Shown piece by piece: positions 48,456 to 56,431 of a DNA stretch of 64,000 nt (position 1 is the stretch's first letter; each line of letters begins with the position of its first letter). Source of the DNA: a virus. The notes beneath the pieces were generated by a model. That model did not search any database. It saw only the letters and a program-made list of their open reading frames with translations, and was not told the origin of the DNA. The stretch lies in IMG/VR virus record IMGVR_UViG_3300010244_000001, one strand, 5' to 3'. Made by a program: the position numbers and the translations under genes.

Positions 48456-50168
48456 ATGGCAGTATCTTACGGATACGACAGAACTCGTCCTAGAACAAGG
48501 GTAACACTTGATTCTAGTAACCTAGGTTCTGCAAATGTAGCAAGTGAAAAGCCTTTAATACTGCTTGGTTCTGCTACAGGTGGACAACCACATGCACCAC
48601 AAGAAGTTACAGACTTTTCTCAAGCAAGTAACATTTTCCGTGGTGGAGAACTACTTGATGCTATTGAAATGGCATGGAATCCCTCTCCGAATGTGGAAAA
48701 CAAAGCAGGACGTATTTTTGCAGTAAGAACAGATGAAGCGAAACAAGCAAATCTAACCGAAGGAGCTATTACTGTTGTTTCTAATCTGTATGGTTACGAT
48801 GCTAACAGTATTCAGGTTTCTTACGGGGATAACGAGTTAACTGGTTCTAAACGATTTAGTGTATTCTTTACGCAAGACCGTTATGAACGAGTGTATGATA
48901 ACATTGGTAATATCTTCTCTGTTACATATACTGGAGATCAACCTCAGGCAACTGTAACAATTAAAGAGGATACCAATACAAATCAAGCGACACAGCTTGT
49001 ATTGTCTGTAGGTGAAGGAACAGACAGCATGCAACCAGTTCGTACTTATGAGTTGGGTGAGGGTGTTTATAAGGACACGAATATTCTTGTAAACGACATT
49101 AACAACCTTCCAGACTTTGAAGCTAGTATGAACTTCCGTGGAGGTAGCAAGAACGTACCTACAAACACGTTAGACCCTATGGAAGCTACAGATATTACAG
49201 GTGGCGAAGTAACGGTTACAGCAGTTGCAGGTGACCTTGTACGTCAAACACGTAATGACCGTTATATTTCTATCGAAATCGACCCTACGAAAGAAATGCC
49301 AGACACAATCCCGTTGTCTAATCTTTCAGGTGCAGAAACTTCACCTTCCCCTGCTTCTTGGGCTTCGATTTTCGATACCGTATCTGATTTAGGTGCTTAT
49401 TACATTGTACCTTTAACAGATGATGAAGCTATCCATGGGGAACTTGTACAATTCCTACGTGATGAATCTCGAAATGGGAACCACTTGAGAGGAGTTGTAG
49501 GCGGTGGATTTGAATCATCTGTCAACGAGTTGGTGTCTCGTCAGACGAATTTAAGCAGTTCTAGAGTATCTCTGGTTGGGGATTCTGTTACTCGAAGAAT
49601 GTCTGATGGACGAGTATATAATGCTCCTGCATACATGTATGCAGCTGCTCTTGCAGGTATAGCGAGTGGACTACCAATTGGAGAACCAATTACTTATAAA
49701 CACACATCTATTGAAGCAATAGATAGGAAATTCTCAGGTTCTCAGTTAGACCAGCTAGACGATTCTGGTGTAATTATGACTGAGTTTGTACGTACACGTA
49801 ATAACTCGTACTACCGTATTGTAAGTGACCCTACAACTTACAACGCTAGTTCTGAACCTGTACAGAATACAATGAGTTTGGGTGAAGTTTCCGACTTCCT
49901 TACAACAGATATTCGTACAATGCTGGATGAAAACTTTATTGGTTCTCGTGTCCAAAGTACATCAGCATCTATCCTTAAAAACGCTGTAGAATCTCTCCTA
50001 GACCAACAGAAAAATGTTGGTGGGTTGATTGTAGACTACAGTCCAGAGGATGTACAAGTTGTAATTAATGGAGATACAGCACGAATTAATATTACTGTAC
50101 AACCTGCACAAGGATTGAGTTATATCAACGTTCATATCAACTATGAAGATAATGAACTTGTTGGATAA
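48456..50168 (+). CDS. tail sheath protein (size and position), 570 aa
   Basis: large gene directly before the tube gene. Confidence 0.65.
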   Translation: MAVSYGYDRTRPRTRVTLDSSNLGSANVASEKPLILLGSATGGQPHAPQEVTDFSQASNIFRGGELLDAIEMAWNPSPNVENKAGRIFAVRTDEAKQANLTEGAITVVSNLYGYDANSIQVSYGDNELTGSKRFSVFFTQDRYERVYDNIGNIFSVTYTGDQPQATVTIKEDTNTNQATQLVLSVGEGTDSMQPVRTYELGEGVYKDTNILVNDINNLPDFEASMNFRGGSKNVPTNTLDPMEATDITGGEVTVTAVAGDLVRQTRNDRYISIEIDPTKEMPDTIPLSNLSGAETSPSPASWASIFDTVSDLGAYYIVPLTDDEAIHGELVQFLRDESRNGNHLRGVVGGGFESSVNELVSRQTNLSSSRVSLVGDSVTRRMSDGRVYNAPAYMYAAALAGIASGLPIGEPITYKHTSIEAIDRKFSGSQLDQLDDSGVIMTEFVRTRNNSYYRIVSDPTTYNASSEPVQNTMSLGEVSDFLTTDIRTMLDENFIGSRVQSTSASILKNAVESLLDQQKNVGGLIVDYSPEDVQVVINGDTARINITVQPAQGLSYINVHINYEDNELVG

Positions 50169-50228
50169 TAGTCGGGGAGATACACTCCCCTACTACTTTA
50201 CAAACTTAATAGACAGGAGTGAATACAT

Positions 50229-51559
50229 GTGGCTAGTGTAACGAATCAAACAGTACAGTCCGCTAATACGGTGTACTTTATGATTAAAAACGTACCAATT
50301 GCCAGAGCACAGTCCATCTCCTCAGAACGTAGTTTCGGTACTACTGGGGTATACCAAATCGGTTCTATCATGCCTCAAGAACATGTGTACTTACGTTATG
50401 AGGGTATAGTTTCGGTTGAGAGATTCCGGATGAAACGTGAGAACTTGGCTTCATTAGGGTGAAAGTCCTAGACAACTCGCCCCCGTAGGTTGAAAGACCT
50501 ACAGGACAAGAGGGTAAACTGCTGGAAGCCCCTAAAGCTCTGTAAACTACAACGTAACTGGAAACGGTAAACGTGAATGTGACCGAAAGGTAGAAAGAAT
50601 TACAGAGATGGCATAAGCTAAAACATAATGCTACGTGCTACAGAATGGGAAATCAGCATCCACTTTCCTTTAAAATGGAAAAGGTTCAACGACTAAAATC
50701 CTCTACCATAAAGGTAATTATATAGTCTAAACCCGAACAAATAAGTGGAAACACTGGGTACAAATTGTCGCAGCTCTAGGAGAAGAAGTTTTACAGATGG
50801 ATATTATGGATATTGTTCTTTTTGACAACTACACACAAGAGGTCGTAATAGCATATCGTGGGTTAGTGTAAGTATACTGGGCTCACGTAAAACAGATGAA
50901 ATTGACGGGAACATCCTTACAGCCTTTTCTACCAACTGTACGTAGTAATACAGTACAGGGCTAAACTAACTATTTAGGTAGGGTAAAAAAGAAAAGGATT
51001 GGATAATCCGCAGGGAAGTCTCCTATAAGGAGAAACCTTCAACGACTGTAATATCTGCATTTACGAATGAAGGTACAGTCTAATCCCTTTAAGTATCAGG
51101 AAACTGAGGGTATGAAATATAATGGCAGTATAGACACATACAGTGAATCTGTGAATGTGGGAGAAATTTCCTCAGAGTTAATAGCTGGCTCTGATTAAAC
51201 AGTGTTAATTGACGGGAACTTCCTAAAGCTCTACACACCAACTATACGTAGAAATACAGTATAGGGCTGAACTAACTATTCAGGTAAGGTAAAAGAGGTA
51301 GAGATGGAACAATGGAAAATCCGCATCCAAGTCTCTCAAGGAGAGAAAGGTTCAACGACTATCCCAACGGTGATATAAAGTCACAACAGGAGTAGGGCTT
51401 ACATAAGTAAGTAGGTGAGAACCCTTTAAATCGAAATACACTGCATAGATGATATAGTCTAATCCGACTGAGTAATCAGTATGAAAATATCTCGAAAGAG
51501 ACGGTATAAAATTCGCAGCCCGATTTTATTTTCTCACATCCGCCAATGTCAGAGCGTAA
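50229..51559 (+). CDS. tail tube-like gene in four exons: join(50229..50455,50757..50864,51111..51179,51484..51559), 159 aa (hand model, boundaries within a few nt)
   Basis: SD AGGAGTGA, GTG 50229; each proposed exon is open in frame, total 480 nt; every 5' junction follows TT at codon position 2; every intron ends in G. Confidence 0.55.
50456..50756 (+). ncRNA. group I intron 1 (about 301 nt, no ORF)
   Basis: core GGTTCAACGACTAAAA(50683-50698) pairing with ATATAGTCT(50721-50729), P7-like; P2-like hairpin GTAGGT/ACCTAC. Confidence 0.6.
50865..51110 (+). ncRNA. group I intron 2 (about 246 nt, no ORF)
   Basis: CCTTCAACGACTGTA...TACAGTCTAA, with covarying P7 GACTGTA/TACAGTC. Confidence 0.55.
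51180..51483 (+). ncRNA. group I intron 3 (about 304 nt, no ORF), paralogue of intron 2
   Basis: GGTTCAACGACTATCC...GATATAGTCTAA; 5' half aligns with intron 2 (AATTGACGGGAAC..TCCT.A.AGC..CCAACT.TACGTAG.AATACAGTA.AGGGCT.AACTAACTATT.AGGTA.GGTAAAA). Confidence 0.55.
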
Positions 51560-51572
51560 TCGACATAGTAAA

Positions 51573-51603
51573 AGGAGTCCTTTAAAAGGCTCCTTTTTTT
51601 TTG
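51573..51603 (+). terminator. rho-independent terminator after the tube gene
   Basis: AGGAGTCC/AGGCTCCT plus T9. Confidence 0.75.
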
Positions 51604-51632
51604 TTGACTTATTGTCATACCTATGTTATAGT
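51604..51632 (+). promoter_or_regulatory. sigma-A-type promoter
   Basis: TTGACT(51604-51609)-N17-TGtTATAGT(51624-51632). Confidence 0.7.
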
Positions 51633-51663
51633 TAAGTTACAGAATAATATTGGAGGTGTATTA

Positions 51664-52779
51664 ATGACTAAACGGTTAACGTATGAGGAAGTAAAGGATT
51701 TTATAGAATCGGAAGGTTTTACACTATTAAGTGACGAATATACTAGAGGTAAAGAAAAGTTAACGATTAGATGTAAAAAGGGTCACGAGGAGCCTATCAT
51801 TTTTAATAATTTTAAAACAAGAAGACGTTGCCCTAAATGTGCCATTGAAGAACGGAATGAAAAGAAGAGGATAAAGCCTGATAAAGTTAAAGAATTGGTA
51901 GAGTCTGAAGGGCATGAACTTTTAGAAATTACTGAAGGTTATAAGGGTGAACATAAGAGATTGTTAGTTAGTTGTCCGAACAAAGACCACGAACCCTACC
52001 CAGTATCGTACCAAAATTTTAATAAAGGTAAAAGATGTCCCGAGTGTAAAGCAGATAAGAATAGAATACCTTTCAAAGAGGTTAAGGATACTATAGAGAG
52101 TGAAGGGTTTAAGTTATTGAGCAAAAAGTATAAATCAAGGAAACATACAATAAATGTTGAATGCCCTCAAGGTCATATATACCCAACAACTTATGATTTG
52201 TTTTTATCTGGAAAACGGTGTGGTAAATGTAACATGAGTAGAGGGGAAAATTTACTTTACTTTATTTTAAAGAATATTTTACCCGAAAACAATTTTTATT
52301 ACCAGTACCCTGTAACTATCGACAATAATAATTATCGGTACGATTTCTGTGTTGACTCTGATTTTAGACTTTTTATTGAGTTCGATGGTACACAGCACTA
52401 CAAGTCTGTTTCAGAATTTGGTGGCAAAGAAGGTTTTTATCAGTGTGTGGCTAGTGACAAAGTAAAGAACGATTTTGTAGAGAACAATATTGATTCTCTA
52501 CTTTTAAGGGTTCCTTATTTTTACAGCATAGAAAATGTGTATTACTCAGTTGTCCAATATCTGAAAGAAAATGACGTGCTAGTTACAGAAATTGAAGACT
52601 TATCAAAGTTGAACAATGCGTTATATGTAAATACTAGACAAGAAGATATAGCAAGTTACTACCTTACGAACTCGATTTCTGATACATCTAAAAAGTTTAA
52701 TGTACATAAAGCAACTGTGTATAAATATTTTAAGAAGGTATATGGTACAAGTAAATCTAAATATAAGAAAGAAATTTAA
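51664..52779 (+). CDS. free-standing nuclease-like protein: 3 zinc-ribbon repeats, PD-(D/E)XK (Vsr/DUF559-like) core and C-terminal HTH, 371 aa
   Basis: SD GGAGGTG, ATG 51664; three roughly 55-aa repeats (EEVKDFIESEGFTLLS...CxxGH...CPKC); YRYDFCV...FIEFDGTQHY. Confidence 0.55.
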   Translation: MTKRLTYEEVKDFIESEGFTLLSDEYTRGKEKLTIRCKKGHEEPIIFNNFKTRRRCPKCAIEERNEKKRIKPDKVKELVESEGHELLEITEGYKGEHKRLLVSCPNKDHEPYPVSYQNFNKGKRCPECKADKNRIPFKEVKDTIESEGFKLLSKKYKSRKHTINVECPQGHIYPTTYDLFLSGKRCGKCNMSRGENLLYFILKNILPENNFYYQYPVTIDNNNYRYDFCVDSDFRLFIEFDGTQHYKSVSEFGGKEGFYQCVASDKVKNDFVENNIDSLLLRVPYFYSIENVYYSVVQYLKENDVLVTEIEDLSKLNNALYVNTRQEDIASYYLTNSISDTSKKFNVHKATVYKYFKKVYGTSKSKYKKEI

Positions 52780-52788
52780 AATAAACAC

Positions 52789-52817
52789 TTGACAGTAAAT
52801 CAACATAATGGTATAGT
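52789..52817 (+). promoter_or_regulatory. sigma-A-type promoter
   Basis: TTGACA(52789-52794)-N17-TGgTATAGT(52809-52817). Confidence 0.75.
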
Positions 52818-52851
52818 GTAACTATAATAAAAATTACAAGGAGGAATCAAA

Positions 52852-53118
52852 ATGGAAATACCTATTGGAGTTAAGTTAATAGTAAATCGTATTTTCGGTG
52901 AGGATAATGACGTAAAAATAGAAGATTGGGATTCAGATAGAATAATGGTTTCAGATGGAGATACGGAGTATAATATTCGGACTTGGAATATTACGGATAG
53001 GTATGTAGATTGGACTCTATTCAGAATGGTGTATAACGATAATGGTAGAGGTCATGGTGAGGTAATGAGTGAGGGTGTTTATCCTATCGAGGAAGACTTA
53101 CCTAATGAATATCAGTAA
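52852..53118 (+). CDS. hypothetical protein, 88 aa
   Basis: SD AAGGAGGAA, ATG 52852. Confidence 0.7.
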   Translation: MEIPIGVKLIVNRIFGEDNDVKIEDWDSDRIMVSDGDTEYNIRTWNITDRYVDWTLFRMVYNDNGRGHGEVMSEGVYPIEEDLPNEYQ

Positions 53119-53160
53119 GGAGTTGGAAAATATGAAAACATGGAATGAATATAAGAACAA

Positions 53161-53646
53161 ATGTCAGAACACACTCATATGAATGGTATCGAAGTAATTG
53201 AGGGAATAAGGAATTCTTATCAATATGATACCAATTCTAGTGTTCCGATTGGTGGTCGAGTGTACTACGAACCTTTAGACGAGGTAGATGATGTAGAAAT
53301 AGGTTGGGACCAGAGCATTACTCTAGTTCACTATGATGTTATTGAAGGACCTCCCGAGGCTGTTAAAGTGCAGACATTTATTGGTGATGAAAACAGAGCC
53401 ACAGATGTAAAAGATGCACCTTTAAAAGGGGCTTATGTTGAGCAAGAGTTCATATTCGGTGCTCTTACCGATAACAGAGCTAGTGTAACTGCGTCAGGGT
53501 TTACTGACAATAGGGGGTTTGTAGAACTAGCGGTGGAGATACCTGAGCATGAACCTTCAGAGTATTATAATATACTCACAACTATAACTTATCAAGGACA
53601 AGAGAAAGGTAACATTAGTACAGTCTATCAAATGGAAATGAGCTAA
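53161..53646 (+). CDS. hypothetical protein, 161 aa; no SD of its own, overlapped by a 16-codon leader ORF 53132..53182
   Basis: SD AAGGAG serves ATG 53132 (MKTWNEYKNKCQNTLI*); the main ORF is in the -1 frame. Confidence 0.6.
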   Translation: MSEHTHMNGIEVIEGIRNSYQYDTNSSVPIGGRVYYEPLDEVDDVEIGWDQSITLVHYDVIEGPPEAVKVQTFIGDENRATDVKDAPLKGAYVEQEFIFGALTDNRASVTASGFTDNRGFVELAVEIPEHEPSEYYNILTTITYQGQEKGNISTVYQMEMS

Positions 53647-53655
53647 TTCCTCGAT

Positions 53656-53686
53656 GAGAACCTCCGTTTTCTGGAGGTTCTTTTTA
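53656..53686 (+). terminator. rho-independent terminator
   Basis: GAGAACCTCC/GGAGGTTC plus T5. Confidence 0.8.
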
Positions 53687-53785
53687 TACGATTATTACAC
53701 TTACCTTACAATTGTGTAACATGTGAATATTTTACCTATATAAGTACTATATTGTTGTAGTATAAATTATAAAGGAGTTTTTAAG

Positions 53786-54388
53786 ATGGATATGAAGAAA
53801 GTTTTAGTATCGTTAATGGTACTAACAGGAGTTATTATAGGGGGAGAAACAGTAACGTCTGTATCTGCATCTGCAAACTCCTTTAATGAAAACAGTATAG
53901 TAGACTACTTGTATTCTCAAGGAGAAGACTTTTCTTTTGAGTACAGAGAGGAACTAGCAGAAAAGTACGGAATCACCAACTACGAAGGTACAGCTAAACA
54001 GAACCTTACTTTGCTAGATGAATTACAAGAAAACAATGGTTCCGAAACAGTTGTGACAGGTGTAAGTACAGTTAACCAAGAACAAGAAAGTAATACAATG
54101 ACTGTGGAAGCAACAGCATATACCGCAGGTGTAGAGTCCACAGGTAAAAATCCTAGCGATGACGGTTACGGGATAACAGCTAGCGGTACGGTTGTAGAGG
54201 AAGGCAGAACATTAGCGTGTGGGCAATATTTTGATATAGGTACACACATATACATACCTATAATGGGTAGTACGTACATTTGTGAAGACAGAGGTGGAGC
54301 GGTTACAGGTATAGACATTTATATGGATAGTGTAAAAGATGCTCGCGAGTTTGGAAGAAAGAATGTTGAGGTAACTATTTTAGATTAG
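53786..54388 (+). CDS. secreted 3D-domain (MltA/YuiC-like) cell-wall protein, 200 aa
   Basis: signal-like MKKVLVSLMVLTGVIIGGETVTSVSASA; VEATAYTAG...ICEDRGGAVTGIDIYMDS. Confidence 0.7.
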   Translation: MDMKKVLVSLMVLTGVIIGGETVTSVSASANSFNENSIVDYLYSQGEDFSFEYREELAEKYGITNYEGTAKQNLTLLDELQENNGSETVVTGVSTVNQEQESNTMTVEATAYTAGVESTGKNPSDDGYGITASGTVVEEGRTLACGQYFDIGTHIYIPIMGSTYICEDRGGAVTGIDIYMDSVKDAREFGRKNVEVTILD

Positions 54389-54413
54389 AGGCTCTGAGGA
54401 GTCTCTTTTTTTT
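54387..54413 (+). terminator. rho-independent terminator
   Basis: AGAGGCTC/GAGTCTCT plus T8. Confidence 0.65.
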
Positions 54414-54424
54414 ATAATAAGGTG

Positions 54425-54453
54425 TTGACTTTTAATTAATTTAGTATTATAAT
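54425..54453 (+). promoter_or_regulatory. sigma-A-type promoter
   Basis: TTGACT(54425-54430)-N17-TATAAT(54448-54453). Confidence 0.7.
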
Positions 54454-54489
54454 AAATTTAAAATAACAAAACAAAGGGAGATGACTGTA

Positions 54490-55163
54490 GTGAAAAAAAA
54501 AGTGTAACATTTACAGAAAGAGAAGCTATTAGGAAACATATTGAATATTTACAAGAGGAGAGAGTACGACTTTTAGATGAGATTACTAAATCATTCGACA
54601 GATTAAGGAAACTAGACGAAATTGAGGGTGTACATAATAGATACCTTGATTTTGATGAAGAGGATATGGAAGATGTAAGATGGCTCGTAGAACATGGTGA
54701 TGTTTCAGAAGATGATGATGAATATGAAGAAGAGGATAATAAAGAGGAAAGTGGATTTAAACCGTGTAACCTTAGTATCGAGGAAGCCATTCAGAAACAT
54801 GGAGAGGAAAACGGATATGACCCTTTTGAAGATGAAGACCTTGATGAAATTGATAATGAAGAAGATGAAACACAATCAGAAATCGATAATGCTCAGGTAG
54901 AGTACTTAAAAAATTACGATAATAACAACACTGTTACTAAGGTACACCCTAGAAAATCTCACTATAGGGATGTAAAACAGATTGCTAAAATTGATGTATC
55001 GATTCTCAAAGAAGCAGGAAGACCGATGAAGTCTAAAGAGATTATCGATAAATTATAGGAAAGAGATGTAAAAGTTAGTAGCCCGTACTCATTAATTGCT
55101 CAAGTTAGAAAATATGAACCTAGAATTGAACAGGCTTCTTTTGGATACTACCAATACCGTTAA
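54490..55163 (+). pseudogene. acidic protein gene needing a shift at an A9 run right after its GTG start, and carrying an in-frame TAG (55056) inside a winged-helix-like C-terminus
   Basis: SD AAAGGGAGATGA, GTG 54490, A9 54493-54501, then GTG TAA; with A10 the frame reads MKKKSVTFTEREAIRKH... through track ORF 54666..55058; after TAG the same frame continues ERDVKVSSPYSLIAQVRKYEPRIEQASFGYYQYR*. Confidence 0.55.
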
Positions 55164-55189
55164 TACACAGAATACAGAACACAGCTTAT

Positions 55190-55221
55190 AACCACTACCA
55201 ACGAGGTAGTGGTTTTTCTTT
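55190..55221 (+). terminator. rho-independent terminator
   Basis: AACCACTACC/GGTAGTGGTT plus TTTTCTTT. Confidence 0.8.
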
Positions 55222-55291
55222 GTGTGTTATAATAGAATTAACAATGCTATATTACTTAGTAGACGAGATTTTAAAACAGGAGGAATGAAAC

Positions 55292-55726
55292 GTGGCAGAG
55301 CAAGAAGAATTTGAAAAAGAGATGCAAGGTTTCAATAAGTCGGAAGAAACCAAGCAAGAAGAACAAGAACAAGAAGAAAAAATTGAACAGAAGAAAACCA
55401 TTGATAGAATTGTCCGTGGAGTTAACGATACATTTGAAAAAGATTACAACTTTGACGATTTAGGATTGAAATTTACAGTTAAAATAAAAGCTCCCAATGC
55501 TTTAGAGATTGGTCGAATACAGGCTAGAATGTCTGCCTATTTAGGGGGTATGAATAATTATGCTAGTGAATATATGAGTGTTGTATATTCAACTTTAGCT
55601 ACCCTTCGTACAACAGGTGTGGACGTTCCTAAAGAGTTAGAAAAGGATGAAGATATTTATAACTTAGATATTATTTATTTGATTGGACGTGATTTCCAGC
55701 ATTGGCTGGATAACTTTCAACTTTAA
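55292..55726 (+). CDS. tail assembly chaperone, short form, 144 aa
   Basis: SD AGGAGGAATGA, GTG 55292; position before the tape measure gene. Confidence 0.7.
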   Translation: MAEQEEFEKEMQGFNKSEETKQEEQEQEEKIEQKKTIDRIVRGVNDTFEKDYNFDDLGLKFTVKIKAPNALEIGRIQARMSAYLGGMNNYASEYMSVVYSTLATLRTTGVDVPKELEKDEDIYNLDIIYLIGRDFQHWLDNFQL

Positions 55727-56369
55727 GGTCAAACAACAGGGAGGACTAAAAAAGTTAGCCCGAAATAACTATATGAGGAATATTTGGGCTATAATGACAA
55801 AATTTAAAGTTCTCCCTACAAATGAAGATTTCAGAAATTTAACAAATGACCAAATCGATTTAATTTTACACTCTATGGAAGAAGATTATAGACAAGCTGA
55901 CCGTGCCCGTAGAGGTCTTGGTGCTGAAGATGAAGGATACGATGAGTCCTTTGAAGATGAGGTATGGAACAGAGATGTTGGTGACTGGGAAGTGCTTAAA
56001 GAAGGTCACGACCCTAATGAAATCGCTAAACAAGTTGAACAACTTACAAGAGAAGAAGACCAGAAAAATCTGTATTCTAAGTTTGAGAACTTAGAAGAGT
56101 ACAATGCCTTCCGTGAAGCAGGAGGTAAAACAGACAGAGAGAATGAAGTTGAACAGTATATAAATAGGCAAATCCAAGCAGCTGAAGAAAAGGCTAAGAT
56201 GATGAGAGAAGACGGTAAAGGTAAAAGACTGGTTGATGATAAAGATAACCCAGACATTTCTGATAATTCAGATAACAGCACTTCTGAATTAGACAAGCAA
56301 GCTATAGAGAGGTCTATTGAAATGTTTAATGCACAAGATGATGACGATGATGAGTTCACGAAGCTTTAA
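55292..56369 (+). CDS. tail assembly chaperone, long form by +1 frameshift: join(55292..55723,55725..56369)
   Basis: ORF 55683..56369 has no convincing SD or ATG and overlaps in the +1 frame; junction CTT TAA G at 55721-55727. Confidence 0.5.
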
Positions 56370-56375
56370 AGGAGG

Positions 56376-56408
56376 GCAGAGGTAAAACAATCCTCTGCTC
56401 TTTATTTT
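56376..56408 (+). terminator. terminator-like hairpin between chaperone and tape measure genes
   Basis: GCAGAGG/CCTCTGC plus TCTTTATTTT. Confidence 0.5.
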
Positions 56409-56431
56409 AGGAGAAAGGAGAGTGGTTAAAC

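Noticed and set aside
50175-50190. A terminator between the sheath and tube genes
   Set aside because: The GGGGAG/CTCCCC hairpin has no following T-run, and the tube SD follows directly. It is more likely an mRNA-stabilising or processing hairpin, and the evidence is too weak to call.
55056-55058. Genome-wide TAG (or TAA) stop-codon reassignment as the explanation for the in-frame stops
   Set aside because: TAG clearly terminates normal genes here: 1299-1301 (followed by TAA) and 5034-5036, each followed by an intergenic promoter or SD. In-frame stops occur singly, not repeatedly per gene, and no suppressor tRNA is visible in the window.
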